A stretch of DNA of 51,120 bases from Candidatus Omnitrophota bacterium (GCA_026387085.1 JAPLMK010000065.1:1-51120); one strand, 5' to 3'; positions 1 through 8,322 are shown, numbered from the stretch's first letter. Translations and numbers: made by a program. Notes: a model not told the origin generated them from the sequence alone.

Positions 1-1
1 A

Positions 2-1030
2 ATTACCTTAAGGAAAAGAAAGGTACAGATTGCAGAGGGTAAGTTCCTTGATATCCAGAAGAAAGAGAAGGTTAGGTTCAGCGATTTTGCCCAAACCTAT
101 CTTACAACACACGCAAAGGTCAACAAGCGTTCGTGGAAGAGGGATGCGGATATCATTAAAACCCTGAACCGTTTCTGTAACCAAAAAACCCTTCAGGAAA
201 TTAAATCCTTTACCGTAGATGAGTTTAAACGCAAGCGCTCGGCTCAAGAGGTAAAGCCAGGCACAGTAAATCGGGAACTTGCCTGCCTTAAAACCATCTT
301 ATCTAAAGCCGTTGAATGGGGCAACTTAAAAGAGAACCCAGCAAAAAACGTCAAACTGTTAAAGGTTGATAATATTAGGGTTAGATATTTAGAAATAGAA
401 GAAATAAAGAAGCTATTAGGGTGTTGTTCTGGACGGATTTATACAATCGTTACAGTAGCCCTCAATACAGGAATGCGGAAAGGCGAGATTCTCAACCTCA
501 AGTGGTCAGACGTTGATTTTAGTCGTAAACTGATTTACTTGATGACAACTAAGAGCGGGGAGAAAAGGGAAGTACCTATAAACGATAACGTGTTTAACGT
601 ACTTTTCAAGGTGGGTAAGATTTCGGGGAGTCCTTATATTTTCTGTGGAATTGACGGTCATCCATTTAAGGATATTAAAACCTCGTTTCATACAGCCATA
701 AAGAAGTCTGAAATTAAAGGCTTCACCTTCCACGACCTGCGTCATACCTTTGCCAGCCACCATGTTATGATGGGTACAGATCTTAAAACCGTCCAGGAAC
801 TCATGGGACATAAAACCATCCAGATGACCCTACGGTATGCTCACCTATCTCCAAACCATAAGAAGACTGCGGTAGATAGATTTGCTTCTCAGATGGACAC
901 TATTTGGACACCAGAGGTAAAAAGCGGTAAGTCAGAAAACGTGGAGACCGTTGATAGAGTAAGGAGCCGCCTGAGGGATTTGAACCCCCGACCTGAGCAT
1001 TACAAATGCCCTGCTCTACCACTGAGCTAA
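2..1030 (+). CDS. tyrosine recombinase / phage-type integrase, 5'-truncated by the window edge
   Basis: Frame 2 is open from nt 2 to TAA at 1028-1030. Catalytic signature is present: NTGMRKGEIL (Arg), HDLRHTF (His-x-x-Arg), MGHKT (His), LRYAHLS (Tyr). The upstream part (VNRELACLKTILSKAVEWG) resembles the SAM-like core-binding domain. The last 66 nt are antisense to tRNA-Thr. Confidence 0.85.
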   Translation: MTLRKRKVQIAEGKFLDIQKKEKVRFSDFAQTYLTTHAKVNKRSWKRDADIIKTLNRFCNQKTLQEIKSFTVDEFKRKRSAQEVKPGTVNRELACLKTILSKAVEWGNLKENPAKNVKLLKVDNIRVRYLEIEEIKKLLGCCSGRIYTIVTVALNTGMRKGEILNLKWSDVDFSRKLIYLMTTKSGEKREVPINDNVFNVLFKVGKISGSPYIFCGIDGHPFKDIKTSFHTAIKKSEIKGFTFHDLRHTFASHHVMMGTDLKTVQELMGHKTIQMTLRYAHLSPNHKKTAVDRFASQMDTIWTPEVKSGKSENVETVDRVRSRLRDLNPRPEHYKCPALPLS

Positions 1031-1036
1031 GGCGGC
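965..1036 (-). tRNA. tRNA-Thr (anticodon UGU)
   Basis: The reverse complement folds as a cloverleaf: acceptor GCCGCCT/AGGCGGC, D arm GCTC-AGTGGTA-GAGC, anticodon arm GGGCA-TTTGTAA-TGCTC, T arm GGGGG-TTCAAAT-CCCTC. Length 72 nt. CCA is not encoded (3' flank is TCCT). Confidence 0.85.
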
Positions 1037-1795
1037 GAAATATTTAATTGACGTGCGTTGAAAGGATTTTGCTGACCTATTCAGGCATAGAACCGCCGTA
1101 AATAATGTCTTCATGTCCGGCTGGCCCGGGGCGGTCTTCACCGAGAGCGAGGCATAAACCAGAACCGAACCAAAGAGCGGCGCGGCAATCCGGGAAAGGG
1201 CGCTTCCTTTACCCATCCCGACGGCACAAATAAGATGGCTTTTGGAAAAGAGATTACCGAACGCAAGCAAACGAATAGCTTCTTTAGGGCTTTCGATAAG
1301 CGCTGCGACTTTAAAAATATCCGCGCCCAGATTTTTAGCCCGGCCCATCTTTTCGTAAAGGGTCTTATCCGGCGGAAGCCGGCGGAAGTTATGGTAGGAA
1401 CCGATAACCGGTTTTTTGGCTCTTTTGGCTAACCGGATTATTTTTCCGGCGACCGGAGAACCTATCTCTACATCCACCGCATCAATTAGCGGGACAAGCG
1501 CCTCAAAAAAAGGTAAGCGGTTTTCATCCGGCAACATTCCCGGCGCCGGAGCCTCGCTCTCTTCCGGCCGACGGATGGTCAAAATAAGCGGTTTTTTGGT
1601 CTTCTGTTTTATGCCGCGGATGAATGCCCGGCTCTCTTCAATCTCCGGCTTCAACCCCTTCTCCCAAACATGGTCAAGCCGTATCTCCAGGACATCGGCC
1701 AGATTCCAATCAGCCTTTTCCCAGCCCTGGTCCGCCACCACTCCCACCAGCGCCGGCTTGCCCGGCTTAACCGCTCTTCCGCCAATCTTAATCAT
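1016..1795 (-). CDS. aroD: 3-dehydroquinate dehydratase, type I
   Basis: 259 aa with AroD-like blocks: LEIRLD, ILTIRRPEE, SYHNF (His), DIFKVA (Schiff-base Lys), VGMGKGSALSRI. The C-terminal ~25 aa look non-conserved, and the stop (TAG 1016-1018) lies inside tRNA-Thr. Confidence 0.8.
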   Translation of the reverse strand: MIKIGGRAVKPGKPALVGVVADQGWEKADWNLADVLEIRLDHVWEKGLKPEIEESRAFIRGIKQKTKKPLILTIRRPEESEAPAPGMLPDENRLPFFEALVPLIDAVDVEIGSPVAGKIIRLAKRAKKPVIGSYHNFRRLPPDKTLYEKMGRAKNLGADIFKVAALIESPKEAIRLLAFGNLFSKSHLICAVGMGKGSALSRIAAPLFGSVLVYASLSVKTAPGQPDMKTLFTAVLCLNRSAKSFQRTSIKYFAALAQW

Positions 1796-1827
1796 TTGTT
1801 CTAAATTATATACGATATCCAGGCAGA

Positions 1828-2961
1828 TTACAAAGACGGAACTTTCAGGCGGCGCCAGCGCCGCATCAAAAATGGCTGAGATGATTTTATCGCTTTATGC
1901 GGACACATCTCAAAACAACAGAAGCAACTAATACAGTGCCGGCGCCGGAACATCACCCTGCCTTTTTTGATAAATGCGGCCTTCGGTTGAGACGGACAGA
2001 TATCCTGACAGTTACCGCACAACTTACAGGCCGGCGGCGCGCTGAAAACCGGCACCGGAACCACCAGATATTTCAAGACCTTTTTTAACCCGGCCGGAAG
2101 AGGGATGGTGCTCAAAACCGATTCCATCTTTGACGGCGGGTCAAAAACAACCTTCGCCATCTCACCCAGGTTTATCACCTCGGCGGCCGGGTAACTAAGC
2201 TGTTCTTTAAGATACGGCACCAGCGCGGGGGAAAGAGAAACCGCCTTCATCGACTCGATGTCCAGCGCCGCGCAATCCTGCGAAGCAGACAGAAAACCGG
2301 CCGGTTTCGCTTTGCCCCTTGAAGACGGACCTTCACCCTCCATGCCAACCACCGCGTCCATAAAGCCGAGCCGGGGCTTAACCGCATCGTGGACGTCAAG
2401 AAAGAAACAGCTTAATCGTTCTGCCTCGGCAAAACGCAAATGATATTCCGACTTCAGCATACCGGGCAAGCATCCATACAAATTCTTAACGCATCCGGTA
2501 AAATAAAACTGGCAGTGGGTTTTGAGTTTTGCCGCGGAAATCACCGCGTCAAAATCCCTTAACTCGGCGGCAACCGGCACGCTCTTTACCATCCGGCCTT
2601 CGGGGAGTAAAACCGGTTGGGGCCTGGTAAACTCCACAACCGAAACACCCATCTTTTTCAGCGGCGCGCCCAACCCTTTCCGGGCAATACAGGCGGTCAG
2701 GGTACCGATGCCCGGGCTCTCGCCGATTGCTACTTGGCAACCCAGGTCCAGTAACAGGCGGCACAGGGCAAGCAGTACCTGAGAATTGGTTGTGGTCGGG
2801 TTTTCGTCTCCGGAGGGTAAAAGAAAGTTTGGCTTTATCAGTACTTTTTCCGTGCGCCGGAAAAGATGGTGAACTCCCAGCGTTTCAAAAATTCTCTGCG
2901 TCGCAGCAAGCACTTCAACCGGCACATACGTCCGGCACTCCGCAAAAACAACTTTACTCAT
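1828..2961 (-). CDS. DUF362-domain protein with two C-terminal 4Fe-4S ferredoxin motifs
   Basis: The start is taken at ATG 2961 (MSKVVFAECRTY); the longer ORF-track start lies inside a REP hairpin. VLIKPNFL and MEGEGP blocks are typical of DUF362. Two CxxCxxCxxxCP motifs are present (CKLCGNCQDICP, CISCFCCFEMCP). Confidence 0.75.
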   Translation of the reverse strand: MSKVVFAECRTYVPVEVLAATQRIFETLGVHHLFRRTEKVLIKPNFLLPSGDENPTTTNSQVLLALCRLLLDLGCQVAIGESPGIGTLTACIARKGLGAPLKKMGVSVVEFTRPQPVLLPEGRMVKSVPVAAELRDFDAVISAAKLKTHCQFYFTGCVKNLYGCLPGMLKSEYHLRFAEAERLSCFFLDVHDAVKPRLGFMDAVVGMEGEGPSSRGKAKPAGFLSASQDCAALDIESMKAVSLSPALVPYLKEQLSYPAAEVINLGEMAKVVFDPPSKMESVLSTIPLPAGLKKVLKYLVVPVPVFSAPPACKLCGNCQDICPSQPKAAFIKKGRVMFRRRHCISCFCCFEMCPHKAIKSSQPFLMRRWRRLKVPSL

Positions 2962-2999
2962 GAAATTTATTATTGATAATATTGGTTTTGGGTATTTAC

Positions 3000-3077
3000 G
3001 GGCGGGACGTAACCCCGCCCACACAAAAACTAATACCGTATTTTGCTTTGTGTAGGGGAGGGGTTACATCCCCTCCC
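3000..3077. repeat. head-to-head REP doublet (REPIN-like) on the 3' side of the RAYT gene
   Basis: 3000-3026 is GGGCGGG-acgtaac-CCCGCCC followed by ACACA. 3049-3077 is TGTGTAG followed by GGGAGGGG-ttacat-CCCCTCCC. The two units are in inverted orientation with their heads facing each other. Confidence 0.65.
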
Positions 3078-3084
3078 AATTAAA

Positions 3085-3543
3085 TTATAACCACACGTGC
3101 CAACGATACTGGTAATTTCCCTTTTCTGCAACTGACCCGGCGCGTATCGGATTTTCATAAATATACCTTGCCACAACATTCACCTGTTCTTCCCGGCGCA
3201 ATGCGTGGTCGTAAAAACTCCTCTGCCAGAGCTTATCTTTGTAGCCGACATCATAAACAATTTTTTGAGTAAACCTTTTCCACCTGCTGATTAAATCGAT
3301 CAAATTTTTATTCTTCACACCGATAAGTAAATGTAAATGGTCAGACATTAAACAAACAGCCATTAAATCAGTCTCTGTTGAAAAAATGCCGTCTTTTGCG
3401 GCTGACCATACCACATCGGCTAAGTTTTTATTTAAAAAAATTTGTTTATTGCTGAACGCACAGATGGTTATCGAAAATATTCTGCCCGGCTCTTCATAGA
3501 TAATGCGTTCAAGGCGAATATTTTTTCTGGATTTTAGTGTCAT
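3085..3543 (-). CDS. REP-associated tyrosine transposase (RAYT; IS200/IS605 Y1-transposase fold)
   Basis: 152 aa. HUH motif in SDHLHLLIG; QRSFYDH; catalytic Tyr block ARYIYENPIRAG. The gene is AT-rich relative to its neighbours and flanked on both sides by GC-rich REP hairpins. Confidence 0.8.
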   Translation of the reverse strand: MTLKSRKNIRLERIIYEEPGRIFSITICAFSNKQIFLNKNLADVVWSAAKDGIFSTETDLMAVCLMSDHLHLLIGVKNKNLIDLISRWKRFTQKIVYDVGYKDKLWQRSFYDHALRREEQVNVVARYIYENPIRAGSVAEKGNYQYRWHVWL

Positions 3544-3557
3544 ATCTCTGGAGGGGC

Positions 3558-3586
3558 GGGAGGGGACGTAGCCCCTCCCCTACACA
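3558..3586. repeat. REP unit on the 5' side of the RAYT gene
   Basis: The reverse complement is TGTGTAGGGGAGGGGCTACGTCCCCTCCC, 27/29 identical to the unit at 3049-3077 and in inverted orientation to it. Confidence 0.65.
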
Positions 3587-3600
3587 AACAAACCCATTCC

Positions 3601-4263
3601 CTATAATTTGGACTGGGCGAAGGAGAGAGTTAATTTTAGGATTTGCGCTACTTCCGTCCGGGTCAATCCGGCGCCCATCCCGACGTTAAAATATTTTATT
3701 TCGGTAAAAAAATCATCTTCCTGGTGACTATCGGTGTCGATAACCAATTGCCCGCCCAGCCGGCGCCACAAGCCAACCAGATACCCGTTGGCAAGGCAGT
3801 GGCCTTTGCGGGCCGAAACTTCCAGCCGCACGCCCTGTTTTTTGGCAAAGAGAAAGTCCGCCTCAGAGATAAGTCCCGGGTGCGCCAGAATGTCGATGCC
3901 GGATTCCAGCGCCTTGCGGTTTGTGCCGGGAACCACTGGTTCTGCCAGAGATTCTCCGTGAACCAAAACTATTTTGGCGCCCAGTTTCCGCGCCTCCTTC
4001 ACCAGTTCCTTGATAGAACCGACCGGAGGATGGGTAATTTCCGCGCCCGGAATAACCCTGATCTCCTTCACCTGGCGGTTAATCTCCGCAACCGCTTTAA
4101 CCACCTCCGGCACTACCCGGCTGATATTGGAAGTATCAACGTGATCGGTAATCGCCAGCACCGCGTAACCTTTCACCTGCGCCCGGCGCGCCAGTTCCAT
4201 CGGAAAATAAACGCCGTCGGAAAGAAGCGAGTGGACGTGCAAATCTACCAGTTTCATGTTCAT
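3601..4263 (-). CDS. PHP-domain (histidinol-phosphatase-like) metal-dependent phosphoesterase
   Basis: 220 aa. N-terminal DLHVHSLLSDG plus ITDH, GAEI, LVHGE, LAHP and DTDSH blocks match PHP-family metal ligands. The start could be M1 (4263) or M3 (4257). Confidence 0.75.
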   Translation of the reverse strand: MNMKLVDLHVHSLLSDGVYFPMELARRAQVKGYAVLAITDHVDTSNISRVVPEVVKAVAEINRQVKEIRVIPGAEITHPPVGSIKELVKEARKLGAKIVLVHGESLAEPVVPGTNRKALESGIDILAHPGLISEADFLFAKKQGVRLEVSARKGHCLANGYLVGLWRRLGGQLVIDTDSHQEDDFFTEIKYFNVGMGAGLTRTEVAQILKLTLSFAQSKL

Positions 4264-4325
4264 CCTTTTTGCGGGAGAGAATATGGCCCCTCCCTTGCGG
4301 GCGACCCGGTAAGGGTCGCGCCACG

Positions 4326-4679
4326 TTATGGTTTTGACGCTTCTGTTTTCAGGTTACGCACCTCTACGTCAACCTTCATCACCTTCATGCCGGTCATCGC
4401 CTCAACCGCCTCTTTAACCGATTTCTGAACCTCCCAGGCCAGCTGGGGGATGTCACTGCCGTAAGCCACCTCCAGAGAAAGTTCAAAGAAAATTCCGCCC
4501 TCTTTCACTTTTACTTTCACCGAATGCTGGGGCGCGGCCCGGCCGAACAGTTCCGCGATTCCGCCGATCAGGCCCGGGATGATACGGGTAACGCCGGAAA
4601 CCTTGCCGGCCGCGGTGGCCGCGATCGCCGAGAGAACTTCGTGCTCAATCTTCAGGTTACCGAAAGATTCTTTAGCCAT
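4326..4679 (-). CDS. Asp23/Gls24-family (alkaline shock) protein
   Basis: 117 aa. IEHEVLSAIAATAAGKVSGV ... SLEVAYGSDIPQLAWEVQKSVKEAVEAMTG is the typical Asp23 pattern. The gene starts 1 nt after the accC stop. Confidence 0.8.
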   Translation of the reverse strand: MAKESFGNLKIEHEVLSAIAATAAGKVSGVTRIIPGLIGGIAELFGRAAPQHSVKVKVKEGGIFFELSLEVAYGSDIPQLAWEVQKSVKEAVEAMTGMKVMKVDVEVRNLKTEASKP

Positions 4680-4680
4680 T

Positions 4681-6039
4681 TTATTTAGGAAGTTGCTCCT
4701 TCTCTAAAAAAGTTTCAATCAGTCCGACGTAATATTTCCCGCTCAGGAAACCGGCGTGGTCCAAGAGACGCTGGTACAGCGGAGCCGTCGTCTTCACCCC
4801 GGATATTTCCAGTTCCATCAAAGCGCGGCGCATCCGGCTTAAGGCCTCCGGGCGGTCTTTCCCCCGGACAATTAACTTACCGATAAGCGAATCGTAAAAG
4901 GGCGGCACCGTATATCCGGCATAAATATGACTGTCAAAACGAACGCCCGGCCCGGAAGGAACGCAGAGTTTTTCAATCTTTCCCGGGCTGGGCCGAAAGT
5001 TATGGTCCGGGTCTTCCGCGTTAATCCGGCATTCGATCGCCGCTCCGCGTATCTGAACCTGGCGCTGGGAAAAAGAGAGCCGCTCCCCGTTGGCGATGCG
5101 GAGCTGTTCCTTGATAATATCCACGCCAGTCACTTCTTCGGTCACCGGATGCTCCACCTGAATCCGGGTATTCATCTCCATGAAATAGATGTGGAGCTGA
5201 TCGTCTACCAGGAACTCTATCGTGCCGGCGCCCCGGTAGTTGATATGTTTTACCAGACGGCGCGCATAGCCGCAAAGCCGGCGCCGCATCCTGGGGTTGA
5301 CTACCGGCGAAGGCGCCTCTTCAATCAATTTCTGGTGCCGGCGCTGCAGGGAACAGTCCCGCTCACCCAACGCCACCACCCGGCCGTAATTATCGGCCAT
5401 AATTTGAACTTCGATGTGCCGGGGGCGCTCAATATACTTCTCTAAATATACATCCGGATTATCGAAAGCGGCCTGGGCTTCGTTCTGGCAGGCATCCAGA
5501 GACGGCAACAGTTCCTTCGCCTCCCGCACAATCCGCATTCCGCGTCCGCCGCCGCCGCCGGACGCCTTCAGAATTATCGGAAAACCAACCTTCCGGGCCA
5601 GACGCACCGCTTCCTCTTTGGTTCTGAGCGGTGAAATGGTGCCGGGCAAAATCGGGACCTTAACCTGGGCGGCGTTGCGCCGGGCCGTTGCCTTGTCACC
5701 CATCAGCCGGATATTTTCGGCAGTCGGACCGATAAAGGTTATGCCGCTGTCCTCGCAAATTTCCGCAAAGAACGCGTTTTCGGACAAAAACCCGTAGCCG
5801 GGATGGACCGCGTCGCAACCGGTAACTTCCAAAGCGGAAAGGATGGAGGGGATATTAAGATAGCTCTCCAGGCTGGAGGCCGGACCGATGCAAATTTTTT
5901 CCCGGGCCACCCGCACCGTCAGGCTCTCCCGGTCCGCCTCGGAAAAAGCGATAACGCAGGGAATGTCTAATTCCGTGCAGGCGCGCCAAATGCGCAGGGC
6001 AATCTCGCCCCGGTTGGCGATAAGCACCTTTTTAATCAT
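4681..6039 (-). CDS. accC: acetyl-CoA carboxylase, biotin carboxylase subunit
   Basis: 452 aa. MIKKVLIANRGEIA, glycine loop GGGGRGMR, EMNTRIQVEHPVTE. Confidence 0.95.
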   Translation of the reverse strand: MIKKVLIANRGEIALRIWRACTELDIPCVIAFSEADRESLTVRVAREKICIGPASSLESYLNIPSILSALEVTGCDAVHPGYGFLSENAFFAEICEDSGITFIGPTAENIRLMGDKATARRNAAQVKVPILPGTISPLRTKEEAVRLARKVGFPIILKASGGGGGRGMRIVREAKELLPSLDACQNEAQAAFDNPDVYLEKYIERPRHIEVQIMADNYGRVVALGERDCSLQRRHQKLIEEAPSPVVNPRMRRRLCGYARRLVKHINYRGAGTIEFLVDDQLHIYFMEMNTRIQVEHPVTEEVTGVDIIKEQLRIANGERLSFSQRQVQIRGAAIECRINAEDPDHNFRPSPGKIEKLCVPSGPGVRFDSHIYAGYTVPPFYDSLIGKLIVRGKDRPEALSRMRRALMELEISGVKTTAPLYQRLLDHAGFLSGKYYVGLIETFLEKEQLPK

Positions 6040-6189
6040 ACGTTATTTCGCAGAAAAATAGTATGCTGCCGGTCCGAATTCGATCGTCAGAGCAAGGCAC
6101 CCAAGGATGAGACAAGGAGGCGTACTGATGTACGCCGACGCAGCCGAAGACGCAGGTAACGATGCTATGCGATTGAAAGCGAACCGGTA

Positions 6190-6648
6190 TCACGGTTTTT
6201 CAATCAGGAAAAGAACCTGCCCGAATTCCACTATTTTACCGTTTTCGATTTTAATTTCAAAAACTTTTCCGTTAACTTCGCTCTTAATTTCATTCATCAC
6301 CTTCATCGCTTCCACGATGCAAAGAGTGTCGCCGACCTTAACCTCCTGGCCGACCTCCACAAAGGGCGCGGCGCCGGGAGCCGAAGCCCGGTAGATGGTG
6401 CCCACCAACGGAGAGGTTACCGAAACCGTATTCTTATTCACGGCCGGTTCCGGCGCTGCTTTCGAATGTAATCCGGCTGCGGGTTCACCCGCCGAAACTT
6501 TAGCGAAGGCGGCCGCAGAGACCAGATTCTCGGCGCCCTCCTTCACCAGATACAACTTGAAGTCCGGTTTTTCCACGGAAAGAATAAGCAGGCCATGCGC
6601 TTTCATAAAATCGGCAAATGACTTCAACTCTTCCGTTTTCATAAGCAA
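6190..6648 (-). CDS. accB: acetyl-CoA carboxylase, biotin carboxyl carrier protein
   Basis: 152 aa. Ala/Pro-rich linker, then a biotinyl domain with CIVEAMKVMNEI (biotinyl-Lys). Confidence 0.9.
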   Translation of the reverse strand: MLMKTEELKSFADFMKAHGLLILSVEKPDFKLYLVKEGAENLVSAAAFAKVSAGEPAAGLHSKAAPEPAVNKNTVSVTSPLVGTIYRASAPGAAPFVEVGQEVKVGDTLCIVEAMKVMNEIKSEVNGKVFEIKIENGKIVEFGQVLFLIEKP

Positions 6649-6692
6649 TCCTTTTGACAGACAAGACCCTGTTAAACTAAGTCCTGTTTAAC

Positions 6693-6741
6693 GGGGCGCG
6701 ACGCCCATCCTACAATACGTCGGATAAATCCGACCGCTACA
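6693..6741. repeat. two REP-like units (GC hairpin followed by CTACA) between efp and accB
   Basis: 6693-6714 reverse complement: TGTAGG-at-GGGCG-tcg-CGCCC. 6717-6741 reverse complement: TGTAGCG-GTCGGA-ttta-TCCGAC. Both have the same TGTAG head plus hairpin layout as the RAYT-flanking REPs. Confidence 0.5.
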
Positions 6742-6751
6742 TTACCGTTTT

Positions 6752-7306
6752 TTACACCCGCGTAACATACTCTCCGGTACGGGTATCAACCTTGATAGTG
6801 TCACCCTCATTAACAAAGAGGGGCACCTGCACCACCGCGCCGGTTTCCAGGGTCGCTGGTTTCCGGGTGGCCTGTACCGTGTCACCCTTAAACCCCGGAT
6901 CCGTCTGGGAAACTTTCAAGTTCGTAAAATCAGAAACCTCCACCCCGATAACCTCCGGACCAGCCATCTTTATCTTGACATCATCGCCTTCCCGAAGAAA
7001 AAGCATCTTGTCTCCCAACGCTTTGACCGGAACCTGCAGTTCTTCCATCGCTTCTTCGTTCAAGAAATATGCATCCGTCTGGTCTTTGTACAGATACCGG
7101 CCGGCTTCATCGCTGATTTTTACCAGCTCAACCTTTTCCGAAGAACGGACTGTCCGCTCGTAACTTCGGTCGGTCTTGACCACGCGCAGTTTGCATTTCA
7201 TGTAGGCCGGTCCCTTGCCCGGCTTCACATGTTGAGCCGACACTACCTCCTGCAGTTCCCCGTCCAGGCGAACGACCATTCCAACCCGCAATTCATTTCC
7301 ATTCAT
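6752..7306 (-). CDS. efp: translation elongation factor P
   Basis: 184 aa. NELRVGMVV..., loop HVKPGKGPAYMKCKL, three OB/KOW-like segments. Confidence 0.95.
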   Translation of the reverse strand: MNGNELRVGMVVRLDGELQEVVSAQHVKPGKGPAYMKCKLRVVKTDRSYERTVRSSEKVELVKISDEAGRYLYKDQTDAYFLNEEAMEELQVPVKALGDKMLFLREGDDVKIKMAGPEVIGVEVSDFTNLKVSQTDPGFKGDTVQATRKPATLETGAVVQVPLFVNEGDTIKVDTRTGEYVTRV

Positions 7307-7315
7307 AGTTATCCC

Positions 7316-8320
7316 TTAAAACTGGCGCAAAAATCGGACGTCATTTTCATAAAAAAGCCGGATGTCCGGTATTCCGTATTTAACCATTGCAATCCGCTCT
7401 ATGCCTACGCCAAAAGCGAATCCGGTCAGGTCTTTCTGTTTATAGCCAACGTTCCGTAAAACATTGGGATGGACCATGCCGCAACCCAAAATCTCCAAAA
7501 ACCCGGAACGGCCGCACGAAGAACAACCCTTCGCCTGGCAGACCGGGCAAGAGATGCTCACCTCCGCGCTCGGTTCGGTAAAGGGAAAGAAAGACGGCGT
7601 AAAACGAGTCTTAAAAGAGAAGGGGAAGATATGCTCCAGGAACATTGTCAGCACGCCTTTCAGGTGGGTGAAATTAGTCCCTTTTTCCACCATCAGCCCT
7701 TCCAGCTGGTGGAAGACCGGAGAGTGGCTGGCGTCCTGGGCATCACGCCGGTAACAGCGGCCTGCGGTGATAATCCGCAACGGCGGTTTTTCTTTCTCCA
7801 TCACCCGGACCTGCACCGGAGAAGTGTGGCTGCGCAAAAGAACGCCGGGCGCCAGGTAAAAAGTGTCCTGCATATCCCGGGCCGGATGGTCGGCCGGGGT
7901 GTTAAGCGCGTCAAAATTATACCACTCGGTCTCAATTTCCGGTCCCTCCCAAGCCTGAAAACCGATCTTTTCAAAAAAGCCGACTGACTCCCGGATAATT
8001 TGAGTCAACGGATGCAAGCGCCCAATCTTAATTTCCGGTCCGGGCAGGGTCAAATCAATCGTTGTTTTTGGTTTTTCCTGCAACCCCTGCTCCGCTTCTG
8101 CCATCCTTGCTTCAAACTCCTTTTTCAGCTGATTGGCTGCCGCGCCCATTAAACGGCGCTCTTCCGGATTAAGGTCTTTAAGTCCGCGCAGAATTTCAGT
8201 TAAAAAACCGCCCTTCCTGCCCAGAAACCTGACCCGCACGCCCTCAAGAGACGCCTGGTCTTTAACCTCACCCAGCGCTTTTTCGAAATCCGCCCGCAAT
8301 TCTTCTGTTTTATTTAACAT
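7316..8320 (-). CDS. pheS: phenylalanine--tRNA ligase alpha subunit
   Basis: 334 aa. Class II motifs: LLRSHTSPVQVR, AGRCYRRD, FAFGVGIERIAMVKYG. Confidence 0.95.
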   Translation of the reverse strand: MLNKTEELRADFEKALGEVKDQASLEGVRVRFLGRKGGFLTEILRGLKDLNPEERRLMGAAANQLKKEFEARMAEAEQGLQEKPKTTIDLTLPGPEIKIGRLHPLTQIIRESVGFFEKIGFQAWEGPEIETEWYNFDALNTPADHPARDMQDTFYLAPGVLLRSHTSPVQVRVMEKEKPPLRIITAGRCYRRDAQDASHSPVFHQLEGLMVEKGTNFTHLKGVLTMFLEHIFPFSFKTRFTPSFFPFTEPSAEVSISCPVCQAKGCSSCGRSGFLEILGCGMVHPNVLRNVGYKQKDLTGFAFGVGIERIAMVKYGIPDIRLFYENDVRFLRQF

Positions 8321-8322
8321 GT

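Larger units (their letters stand above)
1..1036. mobile_element. integrase-proximal end of an element integrated at tRNA-Thr; the body of the element would lie left of the window
   Basis: A tyrosine integrase gene reads towards and into the 3' half of a tRNA-Thr gene. The integrase segment is visibly more AT-rich than the housekeeping genes to its right. No second att copy is visible inside the window, so the extent is unknown. Confidence 0.45.
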
